A DNA stretch of 64,000 nt from Desulfurococcaceae archaeon (GTDB lineage: Archaea; Thermoproteota; Thermoprotei_A; Sulfolobales; Desulfurococcaceae), in NCBI GenBank assembly GCA_038845865.1, contig JAWBQJ010000004.1:77689-141688 (forward strand), given 5' to 3'. Each line of letters opens with the position of its first letter. The stretch's first letter is position 1. This document shows positions 35,529 to 46,153 of this stretch, in pieces. Below the pieces are notes generated by a model that was not told the DNA's origin, did no database searches, and was given only the letters and a program-made list of their open reading frames with translations. Position numbers and translations under genes: made by a program.

Positions 35529-36716
35529 GTGGCATGGTTGATGCTCGAAGGCATTCGAGTAGTAGATTTAAGTCACACTCTAGCGGGGCCGTTTGCGACG
35601 ATGATTCTGGCTGACCTCGGCGCAGATGTGATAAAAATAGAGCCACCTCAAGGCGATGAAACGCGCTCGTGGCTTCCTTTCGTTAACGGGGAGAGCGCGT
35701 ATTACATGTCCGTAAATAGGGGTAAGAGAAGCGTTGTGATTAACCTCAAATCGGAAAAGGGACGCGAGGTTTTGTACAAGCTCGTAGCAAGGTCCCACAT
35801 CGTAGTGGAGAATTTTAGACCTGGCGTGCCTGAGAAGCTGGGAGTTGACTACGAAACCCTAGTCAGGGTGAACCCCCAGGTAGTGTACGTGAGTATAAAG
35901 GGCTTTAGGCAGGGTAGCATATATGAGCATAAAACCGCGTATGACGTTATAATACAAGCAATGTCGGGTTTAATGCTGACGACGGGCAGTGAAGGAGACC
36001 CCCCCGTGAGAGTCAGCTTCGCGCTCTTCGACGTCATGACGGGGATGATGGCCACCATATACACGCTCGCCGCTCTACATGCGGGGGTAAAGCCGGCTAA
36101 AATAGAGGTGTCCATGTACGATACCGCTATATTTTCAATGTGCTACGTTCCCTTAATGTATCTCATGACCGGGCTAAGGCCCAAGAGAATGGGGCACGCG
36201 CACCCCTCAATGGCCCCTTACCAGGCCTTTAGAGACGCCAACGGTAAGTGGTTTATCGTCGCCGCTGCCAATGATCGGCTTTGGAGACTACTGTGTAACG
36301 CGGTTGGCGCAAAAGAGCTGGCGGAGGACCCGAGGTTCAGGACCAACGCTGACAGGGTAGCTAATAGGAAGGACCTAGTCGATGCGCTACAGAGCATATT
36401 CGAGAAAAATACGAGAGATTATTGGGTTAAGGTACTTGAAGAGGGCGGCGTTCCCGCATCACCCGTATACGAGATCGACGAGGTGTTTAGAGACCCTTAC
36501 GTGGCCTCGGAAAACGTCGTGATAAGCCTCGATCATCCAAAGCTCAATAAAACACCTCAACTAAACGAGCCGGTCACAGTTAATGGTAGGAGGTTTATTA
36601 ACACCAGGCACCCTCCACTACTTGGCGAGCACACGGTTGAGGTTTTAAGGGAGTTAGGGTATTCGAGTAGTGATATTGCTAAGCTAAAAGAAGATGGCAT
36701 CGTGTACTACCCCTAG
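35529..36716 (+). CDS. family III CoA-transferase (CaiB/BaiF)
   Basis: 395 aa. The N-terminus VVDLSHTLAGPFATMILADLGADVIKIE is typical of the family. Confidence 0.85.
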   Translation: MAWLMLEGIRVVDLSHTLAGPFATMILADLGADVIKIEPPQGDETRSWLPFVNGESAYYMSVNRGKRSVVINLKSEKGREVLYKLVARSHIVVENFRPGVPEKLGVDYETLVRVNPQVVYVSIKGFRQGSIYEHKTAYDVIIQAMSGLMLTTGSEGDPPVRVSFALFDVMTGMMATIYTLAALHAGVKPAKIEVSMYDTAIFSMCYVPLMYLMTGLRPKRMGHAHPSMAPYQAFRDANGKWFIVAAANDRLWRLLCNAVGAKELAEDPRFRTNADRVANRKDLVDALQSIFEKNTRDYWVKVLEEGGVPASPVYEIDEVFRDPYVASENVVISLDHPKLNKTPQLNEPVTVNGRRFINTRHPPLLGEHTVEVLRELGYSSSDIAKLKEDGIVYYP

Positions 36717-38228
36717 GTGAAGTATATGGTTACAAAGGTAGCGATCGGGGAGAAGGGCGTGGTTTCAGACCACCAGCTAGCAACGCAGGTGGGGGTCGAG
36801 GTACTGAAAGAGGGTGGAAATGCATTCGACGCCGCAATAGCTGTGAGCGCCGTCCTTTCCGTCGTGCAACCACACATGGGTGGGCTAGGAGGAGATGCGT
36901 TTCTACTAGGTTTCATTGGAGACGACGTAGTTGCTTACATGTCATCAGGCAGGTCTCCGAAGGGGTTTGATGTCGACGCATTCTTGGAGAAGAAACCACT
37001 ACGAGGTCCCCTCACAGTCACCGTTCCAGGGCTTGTACACTTGTGGGGGCACATACACGAAGAGTACGCCACCATGCCCCTAGAACGCCTATTAAAGCCC
37101 GCAATTAAGTTAGCGTATAGTGGCTTCCATGTAGGTCTTTCGCTTGCAAGGGCTAGCAAGCTCAACGAGGAGGAGCTCGCAGTTTACAAGTGGGCTAATT
37201 ACTTTAAGGGACTTAGACTCGGGGATTTATATGTGAACAGGGAGATGGCACGTGCATTAAGGTTGGTAGCTTCACGTAGCTGGGAGGAGTTCTATTACGG
37301 TGAACTCGCAGAGAATACTGTTTCAGAACTGCAGGATCAGGGCGTGGACGTGGGACTTGACGATCTAATGGAGCACGGTAGCTATAAGGTAAAACCGCTT
37401 AAGCTCGAAGTAGATGAGATGACCCTTTACGAGTTACCGCCAAATACCCAGGGGGTCTCAACGCTTCAGCTAATAAGTGCGCTGTACGAACTAGGCCTTC
37501 GCGAGGAACCCTTCGACTCTCCAAGTAGAATAGTTAAGTGGAGTAAACCGGTTGCAGACGTTTACTTGTTCAGAGACCTTTACCTCGGAGACCCGGACTA
37601 TATGAGCATAGATCCGCAGAGCCACGTAAAATACTCTGATATAAGTAACCTCGAACTCGAAGCCTCCTCAAACGAGAACGGCACGGCTAGCGATACGACG
37701 TTTTTCGTGGTCTCGGATGGAGAGGCCATATTGGGGTTCATACAGAGCCTCTTCAGTAGTTTTGGCTCAGGACTAGTGATATCGGGCTTTCCCGTTCAGA
37801 ACAGGGCAGTGGGGTTTGCCAAGAAGAAGGGCTTACCGAATAGTCCGGCGCCAGAAAAGCTACCCCTGCACACGTTGTCGGTTCTCGGGGTGGACAGGGG
37901 TAACGAGAAGTATATTATTGGCTGTGTTGGTGGGGATCTAAGGCCTCAGCTTCATTTAAGGGTATTCGAAAATCTGTTCGCGTACAACATGAACGTGGAC
38001 GAGGCGCTCTCAGCTCCGCGATTCATATATACAACCTTCTACGGTAGCCAGAAAGTTATAATTGAAGAGCCCCTAAGAGTGCCCAGCAGGAGCGAGCTCA
38101 ACAACATAGTTGCCGAGAAAGCAAACTACTTCGGCTTGAAGGGGCACGTTCACGTAGGCAAGCTAAGTAAAGGAGTACTGGTATTAGCGTGCGACCCTAG
38201 AAGTGAGGGCGTGCCCCTGGCCACGTAG
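36717..38228 (+). CDS. ggt: gamma-glutamyltranspeptidase
   Basis: 503 aa. The catalytic Thr sits in TTFFVV (autoprocessing site) and GGT family motifs are present. It starts 1 nt after the CoA-transferase stop. Confidence 0.9.
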   Translation: MKYMVTKVAIGEKGVVSDHQLATQVGVEVLKEGGNAFDAAIAVSAVLSVVQPHMGGLGGDAFLLGFIGDDVVAYMSSGRSPKGFDVDAFLEKKPLRGPLTVTVPGLVHLWGHIHEEYATMPLERLLKPAIKLAYSGFHVGLSLARASKLNEEELAVYKWANYFKGLRLGDLYVNREMARALRLVASRSWEEFYYGELAENTVSELQDQGVDVGLDDLMEHGSYKVKPLKLEVDEMTLYELPPNTQGVSTLQLISALYELGLREEPFDSPSRIVKWSKPVADVYLFRDLYLGDPDYMSIDPQSHVKYSDISNLELEASSNENGTASDTTFFVVSDGEAILGFIQSLFSSFGSGLVISGFPVQNRAVGFAKKKGLPNSPAPEKLPLHTLSVLGVDRGNEKYIIGCVGGDLRPQLHLRVFENLFAYNMNVDEALSAPRFIYTTFYGSQKVIIEEPLRVPSRSELNNIVAEKANYFGLKGHVHVGKLSKGVLVLACDPRSEGVPLAT

Positions 38229-38636
38229 TCGAAGAACAGCGAGGACACACGCTTCCCATACCTAGCTAACGTACTCTTTAAGGGGTTAGGGTTATTTGCA
38301 GCTGGGTTTAAGGTTACGCCCCCTCCGCGTGGAGGTTCAGCTTCACGCCCAGTCTGAAGCACACCACTCCTAATAACGCAGGGCCCGAAGTGGGTTGAGT
38401 TTATCGTGTAGAAAATGGTTATCAAGGAAGGTGCTGTAGTCATACCGAAGGGGCCTTTAGTTGCCCGAGGAGGGTGGTTTGAAGCCCCCTAGTGTTCGGA
38501 GGCTTAGAGTCGAGTAAGCTTCATATTGATGGACCCGGAAGAGGCCTCTTTTACGTGCCCACCGCGTGGTTCTAGGCTTCTCCCGGTGACGAGTAATGCT
38601 TGGAGAGATAGGAGTCCCCGAAAACAACCTGGTACC

Positions 38637-39650
38637 CTACTTTCCCGTAAAGTATATGTCACCGCTCCATGGAATTCTCGAAACCATGTTCTTTGAGAGC
38701 AGGTTATTCAACGCTATGATGCCGAGGTCACCGTACATTGCCTTGATCTCTACGTACTTTGAAGGAATCCTCAACAAGTGGTTATATAGTACGGTCGCCG
38801 TTTTCTGCCAGCGCGGAGGCGTAGAAGGGGGCTCGTACCTGTCGATATTCACCTTAAACCCCTCTTCGACGAAGAACTCGCACACACGCTTAACGCGGCT
38901 TTCAGGTAAGGGCTTTACGTGTGGACTTGCAGGAGGCCTGTCAACGGGTTTCAACACCAGGGCCTCTGCCTTAATGTACCTTAAAACGGCGACCGTTTCA
39001 TCTATGTGGAAGTGTTCTGGGTAATAGTTCTCGTGTACTTTGAATAGGTGTAGCTCTATGATTAACTTATCTCGGTTGCTTTCGAAGGTCTTTCTCAATA
39101 GTTCCAAATATTCGCTAAAGCTCCTTTCGCGGGGCCACCCCAACAAGTACTTTTCAGCCCCGTACCAGAGGAACGGTATTAGGAGCACGTCTACCTGCTC
39201 TAATACGAACCTGGCACGTTCCTGTGCACTCCCCTCAGAGCATTTCAGTAGCCCCAGGAGGCTCGTATGAACGTAGAGTTTACGACCAATGCCACGTGAG
39301 CTCAAGAAAGCTCTTAGGGAGAGTAGTATTTCATGTATGTTTACCAGTTGAAGTGGGTCGCCAGAGCCCCATAACAAGACGCCATTCAACTCTACCCCGG
39401 TAGGTAGCCTTTCTTCGATGTTACCTAGGATTTGGCTTGGTTGACTAGCGGTTAGCGAGGCCTCTGTAACTCGGTCTCGCCTCAGGGGGCACGTTATGCA
39501 GTCTACATAGCATTTTCTAGGAGGTAGTAGGGGGTCTACTAAAAGCAGGTTTCCATAAGCGCTACTCGGATATATCCCGTAGAAGTGCTCGACTTTAACT
39601 TCACTCAATGCCTTGCACCCGCAATGCGGTGATGAAAAATCCTTGGCCAT
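38637..39650 (-). CDS. radical SAM domain protein
   Basis: Contains a CxxxCxxC cluster (CYVDCITC) and a glycine-rich SAM motif (WGSGDP). Its start overlaps the upstream Sun-family methyltransferase stop by 50 nt. Confidence 0.6.
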   Translation of the reverse strand: MAKDFSSPHCGCKALSEVKVEHFYGIYPSSAYGNLLLVDPLLPPRKCYVDCITCPLRRDRVTEASLTASQPSQILGNIEERLPTGVELNGVLLWGSGDPLQLVNIHEILLSLRAFLSSRGIGRKLYVHTSLLGLLKCSEGSAQERARFVLEQVDVLLIPFLWYGAEKYLLGWPRERSFSEYLELLRKTFESNRDKLIIELHLFKVHENYYPEHFHIDETVAVLRYIKAEALVLKPVDRPPASPHVKPLPESRVKRVCEFFVEEGFKVNIDRYEPPSTPPRWQKTATVLYNHLLRIPSKYVEIKAMYGDLGIIALNNLLSKNMVSRIPWSGDIYFTGK

Positions 39651-40830
39651 TCACGCGGTGGGGGTAAATTCTAAACGCGCTGTTGGAACACCTGTATCCC
39701 ATGTATCCTTTATCTACATATGGGAGTTTTAATTGGAGGAGCTCGATTTTACCACTGTATTTTTCTACTAAGTAATCCACCACCTCTTCCCCCTCTAATG
39801 GGTGAACGCTACACGTCACGAAGAACAGCTTCTCCGCGTGTTTTAGACAGTTCTCTAACAACGCTTTCTGTACAAGTTGCAGTCTTTTGAGTCGTTTCCT
39901 GGAAAGGTGCAGTTTAACGACGGGGTCAGCGTAGATGGCCCCGCTATTACTGCAAGGCGAGTCTACGAGTACAGCCGCGCCTTTTACATTGTAATGGAGC
40001 GTCCTCGAGTCACCAGTTACCACTATAAGATTTGGCACCGTGCCTAGAAACGAGTTGACGAGTTTGGGGATGACGCTTGCCCGTTTCTCGCTTATATCAA
40101 CCGCGATGGTACGCGTAATGGTGGCTCGCGAGAGCACCTGGATAAGCTTTATGCCTGGCGCGCTACAAGCATCTATAAAGTCCCCGTGCACGTTTTCAAG
40201 AGCTAGCGTTGAGGCGTATGAACTGATGTCTTGCGGCACGACGAGACCCTCCTTTAAGCACTCGTTATCTCCGATCTTAGCAAAGGGGTCTTCGAGCAGT
40301 AGCATCTCCTTGAATTCCCTGTGCTGCTTAACGCGTAAACCGCTTCTTTCTAGGCACTCAATCGCGTCTTCGATCGACGTTTTCGCCGTATTTACACGTA
40401 CCCATCTCTTACGGTCATTTAAACTCCTTAGCATGTTCTCGAGTTCGTTTAGTGGTAACTTCCCGTGGAGATCTCTGACAAACCATGAGGGGTAACCGTG
40501 GAGTAGTGCTAATTGTAGGGTAGGGGACAGCGAGTGGGATAGTTCCTTAACCTCGTCTAGAATGCAGTCTACGTCGAAGTTCCGGGCATATAGGTATTCC
40601 ACTAACCCGCCTATTCGCGGTCCAAAACCGCTGTACGCGGACATGAACCTGATCGTGTGGTAGTATATGATCACCTTGTAGAAGGCCCTGTAGAGCAGGC
40701 CTGCCTCCCTGCTACTCAAACCATGCTTCTTCACGAGCAGGCTGAATGCCTTGTCGAAGGCGATGTCGTGCTTAAGTACTGCTTTTAGCAGTAAGGCTAG
40801 TAGGAGTTTTTGTTTTTGAGGATGAACCAT
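39601..40830 (-). CDS. NOL1/NOP2/Sun-family RNA cytosine-C5 methyltransferase
   Basis: Contains the SAM motif DACSAPGIKL and the catalytic motifs DSPCSNSG and VTCS. Confidence 0.8.
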   Translation of the reverse strand: MVHPQKQKLLLALLLKAVLKHDIAFDKAFSLLVKKHGLSSREAGLLYRAFYKVIIYYHTIRFMSAYSGFGPRIGGLVEYLYARNFDVDCILDEVKELSHSLSPTLQLALLHGYPSWFVRDLHGKLPLNELENMLRSLNDRKRWVRVNTAKTSIEDAIECLERSGLRVKQHREFKEMLLLEDPFAKIGDNECLKEGLVVPQDISSYASTLALENVHGDFIDACSAPGIKLIQVLSRATITRTIAVDISEKRASVIPKLVNSFLGTVPNLIVVTGDSRTLHYNVKGAAVLVDSPCSNSGAIYADPVVKLHLSRKRLKRLQLVQKALLENCLKHAEKLFFVTCSVHPLEGEEVVDYLVEKYSGKIELLQLKLPYVDKGYMGYRCSNSAFRIYPHRVNGQGFFITALRVQGIE

Positions 40831-40844
40831 CGAGCGCTTTAACC

Positions 40845-42392
40845 CTATAAAGGCGCGTCGACTACCTTAACACTTTTACCTGTAGACTTCTTCGTGAAGT
40901 AGTCCAGCCCCTTGAACCTCATACTCGATAGGACTTCCAAGTTCCTTGAAAATAGCAGTCTTATGTCGTCTACTTCGAGAACGGTCATAGCCAGCCTGTC
41001 CACCCCAATACCCCACGCTGCCGCCTTACACGTACTTGCACCAAGTATTTCCATAACCTCCGGTCTAAACATACCTCCTGGAAACACCTCTATCCATCCA
41101 AGTTTCGGGTGTTTAATGTACCCCTCAACACTGGGCTCCGTGAAGGGGAAGTACCCTGGCTTAAACCACACCTCCCTTATACCAAGTGCTGCTGCAAGCT
41201 CCTTGAAGAAGTATAAGAGGTGCTTGAAGCTGATGTTTTTACCCACTATCACCCCGTCTAGTTGGTAGAACTCCATGCTGTGCTTCGCATCGAGGCTCTC
41301 CGGCCTGAAGTTCCTGTCGATGGTGAAGACCCTGTACTCTCCGGGACCCCGCTCGTAAATGGCCCTTGCCGTGACAGCTGTTGTTTGACTCCTGAGTACG
41401 AGTTTGAGAGCTCTTTCAGGGCTCCACTTATAGCCCCACCCAGTTTCGTGGACTATTTGCGTTCTTTCAATCAAGTCTAGAGGTGCGCGTGCTTGTAAGC
41501 TCGTTTTAATGAAAAACGTATCGTGAATTTCCCTGGCGGGGTGGTCTTGGGCTTGGTACAGCACATCGAAGTTCCACAACTCGGATTCTACATGAGGTCC
41601 CTTAACCTCTTCGAAGCCCATGCTGACCATTATCTCCCTTAGTTCATCTATGAATTGCATGAATGGGTGTTTCTTTGAAAGGCGGGGTTTCGGGGGCTCT
41701 ACTGAGAGGTCGAACTCTTTAATTAAGTAACGGTCCAGTTCAGGGGCGTACTCGGGTTTCACAACGGTAACCAAGATCTTCTCTTTTACGAGACCGCGTT
41801 CCCATAAGCTAACTAGCGTGTTAGTGGGCCGGAGGGTTATTACTACCCTTTCTTGCACTTCAACTAGTCTACGCCTCTTCAAGGAGTTAAAGGTATCCGC
41901 GTCTAGCTCCATTCCGCGCGAGACGTTGTTCAAGAGCTCCCGGTAGCTTTTCGCGCTTTTCAACGCCTCAACGCACCGATCTTCATTGACAGCTACTATT
42001 ACTCCTTTATCTATGACGATGCACCTACTTCTTGCAAGGTACTGGATACCTACGTAGACTTCTTCAATGGGGTATTTTGCAATGTTCTCAACGCACTTGG
42101 CGAACTCCTCGACAACCCTGCTTGTACAGGTAGCAAGAGCATCGTGTACTACCTCTTCCGGAAAACCGCGCTCTAAGTAGTACTTAGCGAGCTCTGCGAG
42201 AACGTAATGCCGCCTTTTCGCCCTAACCACCTCAACTAACTTTTTGGCCTCTAACTCGCTCAAATCCCTCATAAGGTCTTCTTGCCGTACTCCGAGCCTT
42301 TCAGAGATTTCAACTAGTAGCGGTTCCTTCAGTTCTAAAACCAATTTGATTATCGAATACTGTCTGGGGGTAACGTACGTGACCGCCTCCAC
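40845..42392 (-). CDS. pheS: phenylalanine--tRNA ligase alpha subunit
   Basis: 515 aa. It has class II core motifs (FNFDVLYQAQDHPAREIHDTFF) and N-terminal winged-helix repeats. Confidence 0.9.
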   Translation of the reverse strand: MEAVTYVTPRQYSIIKLVLELKEPLLVEISERLGVRQEDLMRDLSELEAKKLVEVVRAKRRHYVLAELAKYYLERGFPEEVVHDALATCTSRVVEEFAKCVENIAKYPIEEVYVGIQYLARSRCIVIDKGVIVAVNEDRCVEALKSAKSYRELLNNVSRGMELDADTFNSLKRRRLVEVQERVVITLRPTNTLVSLWERGLVKEKILVTVVKPEYAPELDRYLIKEFDLSVEPPKPRLSKKHPFMQFIDELREIMVSMGFEEVKGPHVESELWNFDVLYQAQDHPAREIHDTFFIKTSLQARAPLDLIERTQIVHETGWGYKWSPERALKLVLRSQTTAVTARAIYERGPGEYRVFTIDRNFRPESLDAKHSMEFYQLDGVIVGKNISFKHLLYFFKELAAALGIREVWFKPGYFPFTEPSVEGYIKHPKLGWIEVFPGGMFRPEVMEILGASTCKAAAWGIGVDRLAMTVLEVDDIRLLFSRNLEVLSSMRFKGLDYFTKKSTGKSVKVVDAPL

Positions 42393-42444
42393 ATAAACAC
42401 CTGTACTCTACTATAAGCGATTGTAAGCAGGCTTAAAAATGAGC

Positions 42445-43266
42445 TTAGATGAGCTCATTGCGGTTTAGTGAAGCTGTTACGTAGTAGCTTAAGACAAGAG
42501 ATCTCGCATACTCGCTTTTCGGCGATCTGAGAACGCAGTCGAGGGGGCCCTCCTCAACGATAATACCGTCCTTAATTATGAGTACACGGTCAGCTAGATA
42601 TTGGGCAACAGCTAGGTCGTGAGTTACCAGTATCATGGTGGGGTGTAGCTTCAAGTACACGTCATTCAGCAAGTTGATGATCTGCGCCTGTATGGACACG
42701 TCAAGCGCAGATGTGGGCTCATCTAATAAAAGCACCGTGGGCTCGTGTATCAAGGCCCGAGCTATTAGAACCCTCTGCCTCATCCCTCCACTCAATTCAT
42801 CAGGGGTTAAGTCCAGTACGTGGCTTGGCAAACCCACGAGCTTTGATATCTCTTTAATTCTCTGCTCGATGGTTTTTTTATCCAGTTTCAGCACTTCGAG
42901 CGGCTCGGCGAGTATTTGCTTAACTTCGAGGGAAGGGTTCAGTGCTTTATACTGGTCTTGCGGAACGTAGCCTACTTTACGTATTGTCTGAACGCGCTTC
43001 TTCCACGGCAACTGGTATATCGATACCCCGTGAATTCTAACCTCGCCTCTTATAGGCTTGAGAAGCCCCAAGATCACTTTGAGGAGAGTGGATTTACCAG
43101 AGCCGCTTTCACCTATGATAGCCACTCTTTCCCCGCTACGAACGTTTAGGTTTATGTTTTTCAAGACCACGTAGTACCGCTTAAAGATGGACATTGCCCT
43201 CCATACGATCTTGTACCCTGCCCAAACGCCCTTGAGTTCCACAACGCTACTACTATCCGTGTTCAA
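42445..43266 (-). CDS. peptide/nickel ABC transporter ATP-binding protein (OppF-like)
   Basis: Walker A is GESGSGKST, the ABC signature is LSGGMRQR and Walker B is LLLDEPTSALD. Confidence 0.85.
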   Translation of the reverse strand: MNTDSSSVVELKGVWAGYKIVWRAMSIFKRYYVVLKNINLNVRSGERVAIIGESGSGKSTLLKVILGLLKPIRGEVRIHGVSIYQLPWKKRVQTIRKVGYVPQDQYKALNPSLEVKQILAEPLEVLKLDKKTIEQRIKEISKLVGLPSHVLDLTPDELSGGMRQRVLIARALIHEPTVLLLDEPTSALDVSIQAQIINLLNDVYLKLHPTMILVTHDLAVAQYLADRVLIIKDGIIVEEGPLDCVLRSPKSEYARSLVLSYYVTASLNRNELI

Positions 43267-44239
43267 TCACCTCTTTAAACCGCCAGCACATGGTATAATG
43301 GGGTTTCCCCGTACCATTCACGGGGACTAAAGGCGGCTCCTTCTCGCAGACATCTGCCCTAAATGGACACCTATCTCTGAAGGGACACCGGGAAAAGTCC
43401 TCTAAGAGGCTTGGAGGTTCTCCCGGTAGTGGTTTTAAAGGCTTCTTGGATCCGAGGACTGGTATGCTTTCGAGAAGCATCCTCGTGTAGGGATGGTAAG
43501 GTTTATTCAAGACAGCTTGCGTAGAGCCCACCTCGACTATTTTACCCGCATACATGACCGCTATTTTGTCGCACACGCTTGCAGTAGAGAGCATGTCATG
43601 CGTTATCAGTAGCAACGTGAGTTTAAGCTCTTTTCTCAGCTTGTTAATTAAAGCTAGTATTTGAGCCCTCAAATTGGCGTCTACGGAAGATGTCGGCTCA
43701 TCCGCGACTACTATTCTAGCACCACTTGCTAGAGCTATCGCGATTAAAACCCGCTGCTGCATTCCCCCACTTAGCTGGTGGGGGTACTTATCTAGCACAT
43801 CGCTATTTAGCCCCACCATTCGCAGGTGTTCAAGTGCGGTTTTCCTGGCCCCCTCCCTATTGAGCTTGTGCAGTTCTCTCACTATGTAGTAGAAGTGGTC
43901 TTCAACGGTTATGAACGGGTTTAAGCTCGTACCCGGGTTTTGGGGTATTAGGCTGACAGTTCTGCCCCGAACGCCATTAAATCTATGACGGGGCCCATCG
44001 ATCACCAGGCGATCGAAGATCCATAGTCTACCTTCCGTTATGCTGTGAGGGGGTAGAACGCCCGCGATCGCGCTGGCTATCGTCGACTTCCCGCACCCGC
44101 TTTCCCCTACTAAGCAAAGTGCCTCTCCTTCCGAGACTTCGAGATTTACCCCTCTAGTGGCCCATATTACGTACCCCTCCTCGCTCGCGTACCCTACTTT
44201 CAGGTTCTCGGCCCGGATCGCTAAAACCACAGCCTCCAC
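43253..44239 (-). CDS. peptide/nickel ABC transporter ATP-binding protein (OppD-like)
   Basis: Walker A is GESGCGKST and the signature is LSGGMQQR. It has the C-terminal oligopeptide-transporter extension with Cys residues. Confidence 0.85.
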   Translation of the reverse strand: MEAVVLAIRAENLKVGYASEEGYVIWATRGVNLEVSEGEALCLVGESGCGKSTIASAIAGVLPPHSITEGRLWIFDRLVIDGPRHRFNGVRGRTVSLIPQNPGTSLNPFITVEDHFYYIVRELHKLNREGARKTALEHLRMVGLNSDVLDKYPHQLSGGMQQRVLIAIALASGARIVVADEPTSSVDANLRAQILALINKLRKELKLTLLLITHDMLSTASVCDKIAVMYAGKIVEVGSTQAVLNKPYHPYTRMLLESIPVLGSKKPLKPLPGEPPSLLEDFSRCPFRDRCPFRADVCEKEPPLVPVNGTGKPHYTMCWRFKEVIEHG

Positions 44240-45117
44240 CTCCTACGTAGCCTGGGGTCTAGGTCTTCTCGCAGAGGATCAGCCACCAAACTGAACCCGA
44301 GAGTGGTTACCAGTATGAAAAGACCCGGTATTATGATCAACCATGGCGCCTTGGTGAACACCTCAATGCTCAGTCCAGTTATGCCCTCGTACAGTATAAC
44401 ACCCCACTCCGGCGAGCCGGGGGGTAGGCCGAGGCCCATGAAGTTTATAGCTGATGCTTCGAGTAAGACGCTACCCATGTCCGAAATCGCCTGGACGATC
44501 ATGGGCTGAATCAGGTTTTTCACGACATGCCGCATAATTATCTTAAGTGGACTTAAGCCCGATAATTTAGCTAGTACTACGTAGTCCAGCTCAACGACGC
44601 TCTTCGCGTAGACGTAGGATATTCTTGCATACCAGGACCACCAAGTCACTGTTAGCGACGCGATGACGACGTGTATTCCCTGGTCCATTGTTAGCCGGAG
44701 GAACAGCGCTATCAGTATTGAAGGTATCGACATGAAAAGCTCTGTTAAGTAGTTGAGAACGGCCTCGGTAACGCCCTTGAAGTAGGCCGAGCACGTGCCC
44801 ATGATCACTCCTATCAGCATGCTCATGGAAATAACAGTTAGAACCTGAATTATAGCTGTCCTGGTCCCGATGATCACTCTCGAGAAAAGATCCCTTCCGA
44901 GAGCGTCTGTCCCGAATAGAAACTGCAATGAAGGCGGAAGCAGCCTCCTACCACTTGATTCGGGTGGCACATAACCATAACCCTCCCGCGGGTAGGGCAC
45001 TATAAATGGGGAAATCACCGCGAGAATGATAACGGTTATGGAAATGAAAAGCCCTATCTTAAACCTCGCTTTACCGAGACTCCTCGAAACTATCCCGAGA
45101 AGGGGCCGCCTGATCAT
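44221..45117 (-). CDS. ABC transporter permease (OppC-like)
   Basis: 298 aa with 6 TM helices and the BPD-transporter EAA-like region. Confidence 0.8.
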   Translation of the reverse strand: MIRRPLLGIVSRSLGKARFKIGLFISITVIILAVISPFIVPYPREGYGYVPPESSGRRLLPPSLQFLFGTDALGRDLFSRVIIGTRTAIIQVLTVISMSMLIGVIMGTCSAYFKGVTEAVLNYLTELFMSIPSILIALFLRLTMDQGIHVVIASLTVTWWSWYARISYVYAKSVVELDYVVLAKLSGLSPLKIIMRHVVKNLIQPMIVQAISDMGSVLLEASAINFMGLGLPPGSPEWGVILYEGITGLSIEVFTKAPWLIIIPGLFILVTTLGFSLVADPLREDLDPRLRRRWRLWF

Positions 45118-45119
45118 CG

Positions 45120-46151
45120 CTAAAGCCTCACCCTCGGATCAATAGTAGCCTGTAGGATGTCAACCAGCGTGTTGATGGCTATGTAGAATATCGTCAAGTA
45201 AACAACCAGCGCTATCGCGACGCGGAAATCAGACTTATGTAGTGCATCTAGTAGAATACTCCCAAGGCCCTCTCTCCCATATATGAGCGTTTCCACGACC
45301 ATGGCGTCCACTAAGCTGTAAACGAACGCCAAGCCGGATACCTGAATCAATGGCGGTATAGCCGATCTTAGCACGAATTGCCTTATGATAGTCTGCCTCC
45401 TGACGCCCCACGCCACTACCGCCCTTATATAGTCCTCTAAAAGAGCCTCAGCCACGAGGGTTCTCGTAACCCTAGCTAGAGCGCCAATGGGGTATATGGA
45501 TATGGCGAGCGCGGGCGGAATCATCCTCTTTAGCACGTCAATAAACACCTGAAAGTTACCCGTTATCAGCGAGTCCAGTAAGTATAAGCCCGTTACGGGC
45601 TCAAACCCGCTCTCCAGGACAAGCTTGCTTGAAACTCTACCGTACGGTATTAATCCGAACGCGCTGTACAGTATTAGTAGTATGATTGCGCCAAGCCAGA
45701 ACGTGGGGGTGCTGGTTAAGACTATACTGAACGATTGGGTAAAGGCATCTAGCCTTCCCCCTCTTCTGAGCGCTGAGCATACTCCAAGCCATACACCTAC
45801 CGGGACAGCTAGCAGGTACGCGAAGACCAGTAGTTCAAGCGTGGATGTGAACCCGGACAAGATGACTTGGTTTACCGGTATCTTATAGGCTATGCTCATA
45901 CCCAGGTTTCCGGTCAATACGTTGTAGATGAAACCGGCCACTTGAACGTAGAGTGGTTGGTTTAAACCTAGTTCACGCCTAGCTAATTCAACTGCCTTAG
46001 CGGCACCTGGCCCGCGGGGATTACCAGCCCATTTTACCGCGGGATCTCCTGGAGTGAGCATTAGTAGAAGGTATGAAAAGACTATCACTCCAATAACAAC
46101 TAGGAAGGAGAGGACGATTCTCCTAATTATGTAGTTCAAGCTTATAGGCAA
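45120..46151 (-). CDS. ABC transporter permease (OppB-like)
   Basis: 343 aa with 6 TM helices. Confidence 0.8.
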   Translation of the reverse strand: MPISLNYIIRRIVLSFLVVIGVIVFSYLLLMLTPGDPAVKWAGNPRGPGAAKAVELARRELGLNQPLYVQVAGFIYNVLTGNLGMSIAYKIPVNQVILSGFTSTLELLVFAYLLAVPVGVWLGVCSALRRGGRLDAFTQSFSIVLTSTPTFWLGAIILLILYSAFGLIPYGRVSSKLVLESGFEPVTGLYLLDSLITGNFQVFIDVLKRMIPPALAISIYPIGALARVTRTLVAEALLEDYIRAVVAWGVRRQTIIRQFVLRSAIPPLIQVSGLAFVYSLVDAMVVETLIYGREGLGSILLDALHKSDFRVAIALVVYLTIFYIAINTLVDILQATIDPRVRL

Positions 46152-46153
46152 TT

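Noticed and set aside
38150-39024. ORFs 38150..38443 (minus) and 38596..39024 (plus) in or near the ggt/radical-SAM gap
   Set aside because: The first overlaps the ggt 3' end and the second lies antisense to the radical-SAM gene. Neither has motifs. The gap is treated as non-coding and flagged as a finding.
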